A DNA stretch of 63,790 nucleotides, counting the filler, from Collodictyon triciliatum (lineage: Eukaryota): the NCBI GenBank assembly GCA_043381765.1. It is 7 parts of 7 records of this genome, joined end to end, with 100 filler letters (N's around TTAATTAATTAA, not from the genome) between each part and the next. Parts side by side here need not be neighbours in the genome. Positions count along the whole stretch, not along the records: positions 1 to 9,486 come from JBHJMP010002989.1; positions 9,587 to 19,070 come from JBHJMP010002990.1; 5 more parts are not named here. The stretch is one strand, 5' to 3'. This document shows positions 1 to 16,880 of this stretch, one piece after another (positions within the stretch are counted from its first letter, which is position 1; each line of letters opens with the position of its first letter). Position numbers and translations under genes: made by a program. Under the pieces are notes generated by a model. That model ran no database searches. It was not told the DNA's origin and was given only the letters and a program-made list of their open reading frames with translations.

Positions 1-73
<73 letters not shown>
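1..73. repeat. (ATT)n microsatellite; similar tracts at ~47690-47806 and ~60099-60288
   Basis: Direct reading of the sequence. Confidence 0.95.
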
Positions 74-76
<3 letters not shown>

Positions 77-194
77 TTTCTCCCTTTCGTTTTATTTGTG
101 TCTCGAAGCCTTAGACGCGCTGTTCATTCCCTTTGTGCTTTCCTCTTCCTTTCAAGCGGCGATACATTCCACGAGAAGAAACAAAGCAGCTGCG

Positions 195-2072
195 ATGGGC
201 TCAGACGACCGAAGCAGCCAAACAAAGATGCTTGTCCTCCTCGTCCTCTGCATCGACCTTCTCTGCTCAGGCATTTACCTCCCGTTGTTGCCGCTGCTGG
301 CGAAGGAAACCTTCTCGGCTTCCGCGTCGACAGTCGGTGTCATTTTATCGGCTTACCCGGCTGCTCAGTTCCTCACTGCGCCGCTATTGGGTCGCTGGTC
401 AGACTTGTACAGCCGCAAACGGATTCTGATTGTTTGTCTATGCGGCATTGCGCTCAACTATGTCCTCCTTTCGCAGGCGACATCTGTCTACGTCTTAATT
501 GCTTCCAGGTGAGTGAGCCTTGCATATAAGCTTTGATTTGATCCACACAAAGAAAAAAGTATTACATAGAATAGTATTATATATGTGTGATGAGGTTTTT
601 TTATCCCCTCTTTTCTTCGTGTATGCTCCTTTTTTTTTTTTAATTTCAGTTTTGTATGGTTGGTCAGGGCGTTTGCTGGTGCGTTGGGGGCGAATGTGTC
701 CATCGCTCAGGCTTATTTGTCTGATTTGTCAAAGAAAGAAGACCGCACAAGCTCACTCTCCATGACTGGAGTCGCCTTTGCATTCGGATTCACAGTTGGC
801 CCGATTCTTGGAGTAACTTTAGTCTTATTTACTCTTCGTTTATTTCCTTTAATTTTTATTTATTTTTCCGTTCTATTTTTCTCTAAAAATCATTAAATTT
901 GTTACTTTCTTTCCCTTGAGTAAGGAAAGAAATGACCGGGATTGAAAATAATCAAATACTTTTTTGTCTTTCTTCAAATGCATAAAGTATTTAAGTATCT
1001 TTATCCAACTTAGGGGATGTTATCATCTAGTGGTGATTATCAAAAGCCGACCAATATTTCTTTGGTGCTATCCGTACTAAACATTATGATTGCATCATGG
1101 CTCCCGGATTCAAAACCGCAAACACAGCTGGATCAAAAAAATAAGGTCACATAATTTTCTGAAGTATATATTTATACTAAATTATTGGAAGAAAATCTAT
1201 TGCGTAATCAAATGTAAAAAAAAAAATTAACAAATTGCCTTTCAATTTATCTTATGTTCGTAACATAAAGGATTCAAACTTGGTGGAGGGTCTTCGAAGT
1301 GTCACGATTCGAAATTGTCTTTTTCTTCGACTTCTTTTTTCTCTTTCCTTCTATCTTTTCCGAAACTGCCTTCCTATTCTCTTATCATCAACATACCAAT
1401 TATCAGCAAAGCAAAGCGGATATGTTTTATCTTATGTCGGCCTTCTTGCCGGAGCTACGCAAGGTACTTGAACACAGTTCCTTTTCATAATTGATCTGTT
1501 GAATTGATATTTTTTGTTCGAATTTTCTCAAAGTCGTATTGGGCCGATTAAGTCACTTACACAAGCATAAATTTTTATCCATCGTAGGCGGGTTGATGAA
1601 AAGGCTTTCCAAAAAGTATTCTGACGAAGAGATTGTAAAAAAGTCTCTAATCCTTCTCAGTATTTCGCTGTTTTTATGGTCCGCGGCTCAGTCAACAGCC
1701 ACTCTGCTTATCATTCTTGTTCCGATATGCTTTACCATCGGCACAATCACCACATGCTCATCAAGTTATTTAACAAAAATAGCACCACCAACACAAGTAT
1801 GATTGAACGAAATCTCCTCTATCATAGTTGACCTTCAGTATGTATACATCTATATAGTTTTAATTCATCTACTTCCACACGTAGTCGGGCTGGGTTCTGG
1901 GATGGTGTGCATCTGTTGACAGTCTGGCAAAAATTGTAGCCCCGCTAGCAGGTGGAATTATGATCGAAGAATTGGGGTCTGCTTCGCCCGGGCTCATCGC
2001 CGGGCTTCTTTCTGCGCTTGCCCTACTCGTCGGCCTGCAAACGAAGACCAGTCAAAACTAAATCCAAAGTGA
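195..2072 (+). CDS. MFS transporter (DHA1/TetA-like, MFSD9/MFSD10-like), 6 exons
   Basis: Motif A 'LGRWSDLYSRKRIL', 'GANVSIAQAYLSD', 'GFTVGPILG'. Exons ~195-509, 668-813, 1014-1145, 1271-1463, 1589-1796, 1885-2072 join in frame via GT-AG introns. Confidence 0.9.
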
Positions 2073-2190
2073 AAGACTATCCCTTGCAATAGATTGAGAT
2101 AGTGCCAAAAGCACCGCATATGCGCTTTCAAAAGCCAATTACTGGCATCACCCATAGAGCTCCACGAATAAAATAAAAAAAGTTTCCCTA

Positions 2191-2336
2191 TCACACTTCT
2201 TATTGTTAAAACTAGAAGGAATATACCACCTTTCGACTGGTAAACCTGGTGCGCTAGTATCCATGGTCTCACCATTTTTTCACAAGGGTCGCGTAGTGGT
2301 GAAGGCTGCCAGGTGAGACCTGACAGCCTGTTTTTT
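2191..2336 (-). ncRNA. Putative Fanzor omegaRNA scaffold (boundaries approximate)
   Basis: Directly downstream of the Fanzor stop. 10-bp hairpin at 2304-2328; its loop region is complementary to 2265-2273; a second, GAAA-capped hairpin spans 2211-2257. Confidence 0.65.
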
Positions 2337-4235
2337 TTAAAAGAGATGTGTAAGCATATTTTGAAGGATTAAAAGAATTTTCTTGAATATATTTTTAGCG
2401 CTGATAAAGTCCCTTGCCATGAATATACTTTGTTTGGTTTCTGAGCGATTGCATTATTTACATATGAGGCATCTATACAACCTTTTTTTTAATTTCCTTT
2501 CGGTTTCATATATTCCAGTTCTTATTCGCGTTGCAACACATCTTGGAGGTTCTAAATTCGTCTATATTAACTGTTTCAAGACGTTTGGATAGTATTTTTC
2601 GTAATCCTCTTCCGATTGTTGGCATAAAATGCTTCATCTAGGTTTTTCTACTTCATTCTCCATACGCCAGTACAACATCCTTGCCAAATGTCTTTTCGAT
2701 TCGTTCCATAAACAATTGTTCACTTCTTTTTGTATTATCATACTGTCTCCATCTCATCTTTCGAAAAGTTGCTTGTTCATAAAATCTGGAAAATTCTACC
2801 TGGCATCTCGATTTCATAGATACATATTCTCGAATTTTTTCATAATCGAGCGTGCGTGAATTATATTTGCTCGGTTCTGTCTCTAAATCGATTAAAGATA
2901 CTCTTAGTGTCTCAAACTGCTGTTTCTCTTCAAAAGTTATGGCAACAAAAGAAACAGCACTTTGTAGACCTGTTGCCATGCATATCCCTGAATAATTGTA
3001 CTTTTCTTTTTCGTGCAAGAGAATTTTGTGATTTTTAAGAGATTTGCTATCATCTCTTGTTTGGTGTGCCGTGTAATGTAATTTCTTACCTATCTCATCC
3101 ACCATGTAAACCAAATTAAACTCGCCTGCGTCCACTCCAACTACATTTTTTTGTCGCTAATAAAGATAATCGCTCTTCGGAAAGTTCTATATAAACATGT
3201 ATTTGGATATTTTGATTTTATTGGATTTTGAATTTGAAATAGCTTTCTTTTCACACAATAATCACACCGCCGTCTGTTTTTATCATGTATTTAAAATTGT
3301 AGTCTCTTTGATGAAAGACCCTCTTCTTCATTTCAAAGAAATTATCCCATAGTGTCTCTTTGCATCATGATATATTCTTCAGTAATAATTGTTTTCCAGG
3401 CAATACTAATATATCTCTCAATCATGCAGTATCTAGAGTAATATGACATGGTATATTGGTAGCTCTTATAGGGATTGGTTGAAACTGTTTGGCTCTAGTG
3501 TCCTCAAAAATGCGACTCATGTAAATCGGACATGGAGTGTACATATTTGGATTGACCTTGACGTCATATTTGATACCATTTACAATATCGCTGGGAATGA
3601 CACGATTCAAATGCGTTATAATCCATTCTTTATATTGTTCCAGTATTTCGAGTTTCTTGTAGATGGCTTTTTTAACTTTCGTAACCCTGCCTTTTAATAG
3701 CTTCCGTAATATTCTCATATTTAGGAACTGTTTGATTTATAAAGCGCAGAAACCTCTTTACAAAATGCTCCCTTATGTTATTATGATAAGCTGTTAACAT
3801 TTGCTTCACCAAGTACGGTAATACATGAGACAGTTCAACCAATAGGAAAGCGTTCTTCTTGGGACAAAAGGAATCGAAAATCATTGAGATAAGAAGTCAT
3901 CGTGTCTTCTCTCATATATGGATGCTTTTAATCTTGCGAGTCTATCTTGTGAAGCTATTCCGACTGTCTTTAAAGCATATAAAAAAATTTCATCGGTTGC
4001 TGAGAGCTGTTGTGGTTTCAACATGTAACATCTTGCAAACATATAAGTGTCCGTAACCAAGTTATGACACAATAAAAACGTACCGTTGATTTTGTCATAG
4101 TCATCCGGATTCTTCACAATCGACTTGAGAGATGTTTTCACATTTCGATAGTCTAGTTTTACACACATTAGATTCTCAAACTCAAGACGTTTTCTTTTCT
4201 TCGTTTGAAAGTCTTATTTTTACTTTTTCCTTTAG
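2337..4235 (-). pseudogene. Fanzor1 (TnpB-related RNA-guided RuvC nuclease), disrupted by stops and frameshifts
   Basis: Stitched translation gives N-terminal 'VKTSLKSIVK', 'FQPIPIRATNIPCHITLDTA', 'YMIKTDG', RuvC-I 'NVVGVDAGEFNL' (D codon 3130-3132), 'LAYGE*SRKT*MKHFMPTIGRGLRKIL', RuvC-II 'NIDEFRTSKMCC' (E 2557-2559), Zn-finger CCxC...CxxC, RuvC-III 'MARDFISAKNI' (D 2409-2411), stop 2337-2339. No introns. Confidence 0.9.
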
Positions 4236-4936
4236 AAAACTACCAAGTTTTCGATTTTAATAAAACCTTAAGTCTATTAGTAAATTTGATAAAAATAATG
4301 AAAACAACTGCACAAAATCAATTATGTAAAATCAAGCATCTGCCGAGACTTTCAAAATGCGCATTGTGGCAAATAAACACAAAGTTTTTTTTACAAGTGA
4401 TTTGAGACAAAACGCTGAGAGCCCATTCGGCGAGTTCGAAAGGACAGCCGTATAGCCATTGCGACTGAAAGTCAACATATCGGCCACAAACAACATGATT
4501 ACCGCCACAAGTGGGGATAGTATGCTTTTTTGAAATGCATGTTTGGTGGCAGGTTTATAGGGTGGGTTCTGTCTGGGTCAACACAAGGGCTTCTTTGTCA
4601 TTTTTGAATTTTAATGATATTACACAAATGAAAAATAAAATATAAATTGATTATAGGAATAGAATGAGATTATGAAGTATTTTTAACCTTATTATATATA
4701 ATTAACATACTATTATTCAGCTTGTTTCTTCGATTCATCAAAGCTCCTGGTTTCGTCAATCCAGATTTAATTCGATGGTTGTCTGTGCAATAAATTGCTA
4801 TATATGGGTACACTTTTGTTGTATAAAAGGTGTTCTGCCTTGAAAGGGATAAAACCGAGTTTGTCACAACCTTTTTGACGAAGTTTATCCGTTTACAGGC
4901 CGAATGAGACCGAAGAGAAAGGAAGAAAGGAAAAAA

Positions 4937-5100
4937 ATAATCAAAGATCAAAGATCAAAGATCAAAAATCAAAAATCAAAAATCAAAAATCAAAAATCAA
5001 AAATCAAAAATCAAAAATCAAAAATCAAAAATCAAAAATCAAAAATCAAAAATCAAAAATCAATAATCAATAATCAATAATCAATAATCAATAATCAAAA
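4937..5100. repeat. 7-bp tandem repeat drifting ATCAAAG > ATCAAAA > ATCAATA
   Basis: Direct reading of the sequence. Confidence 0.9.
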
Positions 5101-5480
5101 ATATTAGCAATAATAGTAATGCAATAGTTCTAGCAATGCGATATCAATTCGTGTTCACAATAATATTCCACATTTAGATATTAAAACTCAATACTTGTGG
5201 TGCGATGTCAACTTTTATACAAAAATGTAAGCGGTTGTTTACACGAACAAAGTGGTACTTTATTTTAGTGTCCACCCCACATCGAACATTCGCTGCACGA
5301 ATCACAAGGAGCCGAGATAGCATAGCTTGCGCAAACATGATCGCAGTCTGAAGTACACAGAGGAATCTTTTCTCTCACGAGGAGTGAAGCCCAGCCTTGT
5401 TTTTCCTATGTGGATCGAGAGGTGCGCAAACTGACGAAAACTCGCATAGAACCAAAGAAAAAAAGAAAGAAAGAAAGGGA

Positions 5481-7356
5481 ATGGCCGAATCGCAAGCCTC
5501 TGTCTTTGGTTCGCTGGCTTCAAAAACTGTGTTGACCTCGGCCGCTTTGCAGTCCAACGGACTAGAGATGTTGTCCGGCTCGCTTCTCGTCACAAACCCG
5601 GGTAAGAGTTTTATCTTTCTCTTCCATTTTTCTTGTGTTTTTTTTCATTTTTTATTTACTATTTTCCTTACGCCAACTAATACATAACCCGCCAGCAAAG
5701 AATTCAAGTGCAACAATCCCTACTATTTGTCAATTATTTATTATCTGATTCGAATGATCCACCCCGCTTCATTTTCCACTCATGTTATCTTCCCTTCATT
5801 TACTATTTTCTCTCTGGAATGAGGTAGCTGCGCTTCCCAAAGACGCTCTTGACGTTCACGTCCTTTTGCCTTGCGAAACAGCACAGACAATCACACCCGA
5901 GCACTCTTCTGCTATTCTCGAGTCTCTAAGCCCATCTGGTACAGCACATTTCCTTCTTGTGGTCTCATGCAAGCAGAGTGCATTTACCGAGGTATATTTT
6001 TGGGGTGTATTTTTTTTTTTTTAAGAATGACCAAAAGTGCAAAACGAAACTAATTCAATGCCATCCATTTCTTGAGCCTAGGAATGTCAATTGTTCAACT
6101 CAACTTAATTATTCCTAGATGTTGACTCTGGCTGAACTTACCGTCCAATTGTTGGTGGCTGGATTTGTTGATACACGATTTGATGCGATTACACCAGAGA
6201 GCCTTCCAAGTGTTTTGCTTCGAGCTGTGCCCCAGGATGTGCAGGATGCCATTCAAAGCGGTGCGCTCAAATTCGTCCAGGTGGGATGTCACCCTATCTC
6301 AGCAAAGCATAACGGCAGAATAATGTCGCCACCTATGTATTAGTATTAACCTATCAATGGTGACAAGGATATCATTATTATTTAAATCCTTCGATAGCAT
6401 GTCACCTTCGATTTCAACCCTCACCACTTCAAAAATCTATGCACAATCCCCTTCTTTATGCTTTATGGGGAACTCGAGAGCCTTTTTTTTTTTTATTTTT
6501 TTTGAAAACTATTAAAGGAAAGATACATGATAGATAATTAATATGTTTACTGTCCATATAGGGCTCTGCTAAGAAACCTGATTGGGGTGCTGGAGCATCT
6601 GTTCCTCTTCCAAAGAAACAAGTCCCAGCTGGTAATAATCATCACTATTGGTCATTGTATGACATTTTATTCAACTAACATGCAAAATGTATCATGGATT
6701 GATTGTTTTCTTAGGAGCAAAAAATAAACATATATATTATATTCAAGCAGCAAAGAAATGGGCTCTCCCAGCTGATGACTCTGAACTGGTCGACGAAGAT
6801 AGTCTCCTGGATAAGGAGGACATGCTGAAGCCCACCGTTCCCGTAGCATGCGGTTTTTATAAATAACATATAATAAAACTTTCAACATTAAAACTCGGGC
6901 GTAGAAAGAATCATTCATACATCTCGTATCTACTCCTTCCTGCCAGCATTAAACGGACGAACCCCATCATCACTTCACTAAATATGTCTAGGAGAAAAAC
7001 CCGTACGTAAAGCCTGCAAGAACTGCACATGTGGCCTGGCAGAACAAGAGAAACAAACAGAGGAGAAAAAAGTTAGGCTTTCCGCCGAAGACTTACAAAA
7101 CGGCCCGAAATCCAGTTGTGGAAATGTACGAGCGTATTTATTATGTTTAAACCCCCAACCATGCTACCACGTTGTTCGAACCTGTTGCAATATTATGTTT
7201 GCTTTATATTTGTGTGGATATGACCTGTATGGACTTTGATAGTGTTCTCTGGGCGACGCATTCCGCTGCCCTGGATGTCCATATCTCGGCCTGCCCGCAT
7301 TCAAGCCTGGTGAGAAAGTCACACTGGCCGGCTCATTCCTCAGTGATGATGCATAG
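5481..7356 (+). CDS. CIAPIN1: Anamorsin / Dre2 cytosolic Fe-S assembly protein, 7 exons
   Basis: Spliced C-terminus '[20 protein letters not shown]' and '[31 protein letters not shown]', the diagnostic Dre2 Cys motifs. Confidence 0.95.
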
Positions 7357-7631
7357 ATAATCCCCAACCAGCGCATGTGCACAAACGAAATCATGACCAT
7401 AAATATCCCTCCCCCAAAGAAAAAAAAAGAAGGAAAACAATAACAATATCTAGTATAAATGGGTTGAATAAGATGACTTAGGGCACTATCTACTTACAAA
7501 AAAAAAAAAATCCGACTTATTTTATTTTATTCTCTTACGTAAAACACTGACTTTGCATTCAATTGTATGTGGTTAAAAAGAAGAGACCATAATTTAGAGA
7601 TTTTCAGGGAAACAAATGGCTGGGCTCTGAC

Positions 7632-9233
7632 TCAATCGGAAGAGTAATCAGCGATGTAGAAATGCATGATGAGAACACAACACAACGACATCGTAAAGAG
7701 AAGTGTCCGTTTCATCGGAGCCCAGTGCCCAAGCTTTTCTGGGTCCAGAAGCTGCTTGTAGAAAGAGTATCCCAACGAAATCACAACTCCCGACGCCTCA
7801 AAGAACAACTGGACAGCAACCTGCAGCAGACATTCACTGTAGCTGGATATCAGTTTGAATTGAGTTGAGCTGGGGATGAGTCGATGCAGGAAGAAAAGCA
7901 AAAAGGGAGCCAATACCAAAGAGTAGAGCTCAGATGTAATGTCATCCAGGATGCATCTTTCTCGAAAAACAATTGCATCTCTGACATAGTCGGCCACGTT
8001 CTCATCATCAGAACGAAGCTGTGCCTGTAGTGACGGCCTTCGAGCGTCTTCGCCTTGTATCTCACTCATTGGTATGATGGAGACAAGTCTCTCTCTGCCT
8101 CTACAGGTGAAGTAATCCAAGTACACGCGCTCACACAACAGGCTTAATCGGCACAGGCATTTCATCCTTATCTTGAAAGAGAAGCATAGGACGAATTCAA
8201 GCATGACATTTAGCATATTTGCAACTACAAACTCTACCGACAATGGCGTTTTTGATGCAACGTTAGAGATCAAAATTCTCCCAATAAACTGGATATAGTG
8301 ATTGCTCATTTTGTTGATAATCAGCCTTTTTTCCATACCCTCCGCAGGTAGTCCGAGAACTACTTTGTACTGAAACCATTTGGCGAGGCTGAAGCACACA
8401 GGAAAGATAATGAAACGGTACACTACTTGCATTAAGAAGGTAGCTTTTACATAGACCGGAAGAATATTGAAGAAAACAAAATTAATAAACATATAAAACC
8501 CTACGATGCCTTTAAAAATAGCTAAAGGTGAGCCGTCTTTGGTCAATTCGAAGTACTCCTGTTGAGTATCCGAGAGTACATCCAGTCTTGGGGTTTTCGA
8601 AATCAGAAAGAAACCAAAGCCCATAAATGACATTTCCATAGCATTGATGATATTAGAAGCGAAGGGAATGGAGCGGATGGACGGAGTCATCATGAAAATG
8701 ATATTTATAACGAAAGCCGGCGCAATCGCCGCCATCAATGCCATTCTAGAGAATTTGAGGCTGAATATGTGCACCATAGTAAGAGTAATAGATCCCCAGA
8801 AAAGAAACAGCAGCACGGCGTGAAGGACGTCGACGTAAAGAACGTCATGAATTCGGTGAAGCGTTTCAGGTGTCATTACCAGAGAGGGGAGGTAAAACAT
8901 TAGCGACGTTATTATGACAGCAGCTAGGGTCGGCAAGGTTTTTCCTATTACACGTAATTGGCAAAGAAAAGCCTCTTTGAAACATAATGAGAAACTCAAA
9001 CGACTTTCTCTTGCATTGCTGGTGTTATCCCCTGCACTGAATAACGAATCTCTTCTATCTATTTCTTGAACAACGCCTGCTCCTGTCTCTCTTGGGCTGG
9101 AAGCAACGGATTCACTCAAATTATATGGTGTCCTGGGCTGGTCAGAGCCTGGTATGATGATGGCGGGCTGTTCGTTTTGTGATGGCCCTATAAAGCCCGA
9201 CTCCATTGATGCGGTTTCGACTATGTCCATCAC
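7632..9233 (-). CDS. Uncharacterised multi-pass membrane protein (533 aa, intronless)
   Basis: Long uninterrupted ORF with a hydrophilic N-terminus and about 10 hydrophobic segments. Family not recognised. Confidence 0.75.
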   Translation of the reverse strand: MMDIVETASMESGFIGPSQNEQPAIIIPGSDQPRTPYNLSESVASSPRETGAGVVQEIDRRDSLFSAGDNTSNARESRLSFSLCFKEAFLCQLRVIGKTLPTLAAVIITSLMFYLPSLVMTPETLHRIHDVLYVDVLHAVLLFLFWGSITLTMVHIFSLKFSRMALMAAIAPAFVINIIFMMTPSIRSIPFASNIINAMEMSFMGFGFFLISKTPRLDVLSDTQQEYFELTKDGSPLAIFKGIVGFYMFINFVFFNILPVYVKATFLMQVVYRFIIFPVCFSLAKWFQYKVVLGLPAEGMEKRLIINKMSNHYIQFIGRILISNVASKTPLSVEFVVANMLNVMLEFVLCFSFKIRMKCLCRLSLLCERVYLDYFTCRGRERLVSIIPMSEIQGEDARRPSLQAQLRSDDENVADYVRDAIVFRERCILDDITSELYSLVLAPFLLFFLHRLIPSSTQFKLISSYSECLLQVAVQLFFEASGVVISLGYSFYKQLLDPEKLGHWAPMKRTLLFTMSLCCVLIMHFYIADYSSD

Positions 9234-9397
9234 TCTTGCAACCGAACTGACAAGATTAGTCTAAGTTATAGTCCATATTCATTTGAATAAATCGCTTTTT
9301 TTTATGTTTTATGTGCTTATGATATTTTATTTATTAGATTTTAATTAGTTTGTGCTGTTTTTTTTGTTTTTTGTTTTTTGTTTTTTGCTTTTTTTTT

Positions 9398-9486
<89 letters not shown>

Positions 9487-9586
9487 NNNNNNNNNNNNNN
9501 NNNNNNNNNNNNNNNNNNNNNNNNNNNNNNTTAATTAATTAANNNNNNNNNNNNNNNNNNNNNNNNNNNNNNNNNNNNNNNNNNNN
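9487..9586. other. Artificial contig linker (N-run TTAATTAATTAA N-run); also at ~19071, ~28652, ~38230, ~47807, ~57386
   Basis: Identical 12-mer with stops in all six frames embedded in N runs, 6 times, mostly flanked by low-complexity sequence. Confidence 0.98.
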
Positions 9587-9668
<82 letters not shown>

Positions 9669-9801
9669 TTGTTTTCTTTTCTGTGTATCTGTTTAACTTT
9701 TTCTTTTTTTTTCTTCTTTCTTAGTGCTACCTTTCTTTTCTTGTTTCCTCTTTGCTTTTTCTCATTTAACTAATCTGTAGAAGGCTTCCCTTTCCGCCAG
9801 G

Positions 9802-15813
<6,012 letters not shown>

Positions 15814-16880
15814 TAAGTACTCAATACATACGTGCTCAATAATATAATGGAAACTGACATCAAGCCCTCGTGTGTCCCAGCTCCACCCGGCTCCATATGC
15901 TTACCGACCCGCTCATCCAATGAAGAGTAACCAAACTGTAGGCCGGGGTGAATTTGAAGGGCTATAAGCCCACATAAAGCTATTCTTTTTTTTCTTCTGT
16001 ATTTGATATAGCAGAGTTCATAATATTTGGATTAACAAGGGTGAGTAAAGTGTGTACGGCAGAGTAGATGGGGACAAGACAGATTATTCGGGAGCTAAGC
16101 CCTATCCAAGGCAGTGTTTCGCCACTAAATGGAGAAAAAAGCCTTCGGGCCAGTTGCAAAGTTATTTGGAGTGGGCTCCCTTCGGAGCAAAAGGCTTTGC
16201 AGGCGGAGAGCCGTCTATCTGGGTGTGGAAAATATGCATAAATTCATAGTTTAGTTCGAATTGGACACCAAACACCATTGACAGAGCCGAAAAGTTACAC
16301 GGTTTATTATTTGTTTTTATATTAGAAAGGGGCACACCAATCGCAAGAAACCCCGACACTATATCTTCCAGAAAGATGCATATAATCCAGAAATAGGATG
16401 ACAACAACGGCTCTTGTCCGTTGGTGCTTGTTTTCTCCATCCAGAATCCAAATTCCTGTCGCGGAAGGGTTTGAGCGTGCAGGTTTGGAGCCGGAAAGGG
16501 GCACCACCTTGCCAAAGACATCCGAACAAGCGAACTTGCCCGTTCCTCTCGATTGGTTTCTCGAGAATTTCGGACGATTCCACGGCGCGAAAGACAGAAT
16601 TTCAGAGTATTTTCCAGAGCGAAAACAGTCGCTGCAATTACCCAATGAGCGCATCAACCTACTCAGGCAGGAAGCAGCGGCACCTACACAATTAGTAATA
16701 GAAAAGAACCAACCGCGTTGCGCAACGAAATGATTGAATGCTCATGTTCAGCTATCTACATTGCACAAGCGTATCATCACACCACCAAAGACACCCACGC
16801 TACGCAATCAAATCTGTCTCGTCAAATCAGCTGAGCCTCACAGAAGCCAACCCAACCCAGACCGAGTCGCAAAGTCACGC

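Larger units (their letters stand above)
2191..4400 (-). mobile_element. Non-autonomous Fanzor1-carrying element (ends uncertain)
   Basis: Intronless Fanzor plus structured 3' region, lying between MFS and Dre2 genes. No transposase ORF recognised. Only a weak terminal match (TCAC at 2191 / GTGA at 4397-4400). Confidence 0.5.

Noticed and set aside
2440-2660. Stop-codon reassignment suggested by TGA at a Trp position and TAG at a Gln position in the Fanzor
   Set aside because: The same gene also has frameshifts and TAA at other positions, and host genes terminate with TAA, TAG and TGA. Ordinary pseudogene decay explains it.
4381-4520. True terminal inverted repeat matching the Fanzor right end (ACAAGTGA at ~4393-4400 or AAGTGGGGATAG at ~4509-4520)
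   Set aside because: Both matches are short and gapped, and no clear TSD is present; kept only as a tentative boundary.
9531-9542. Recurrent TTAATTAATTAA motif between N runs, resembling a regularly repeated element
   Set aside because: Assembly linker with stops in six frames; not biological. Gene neighbourhoods across it were not interpreted.
16398-16733. 111-aa ORF in frame with the cyclin ORF, separated by one TGA (readthrough or selenocysteine?)
   Set aside because: No recognisable domain, no SECIS or readthrough context seen; likely a chance ORF in the 5' region.
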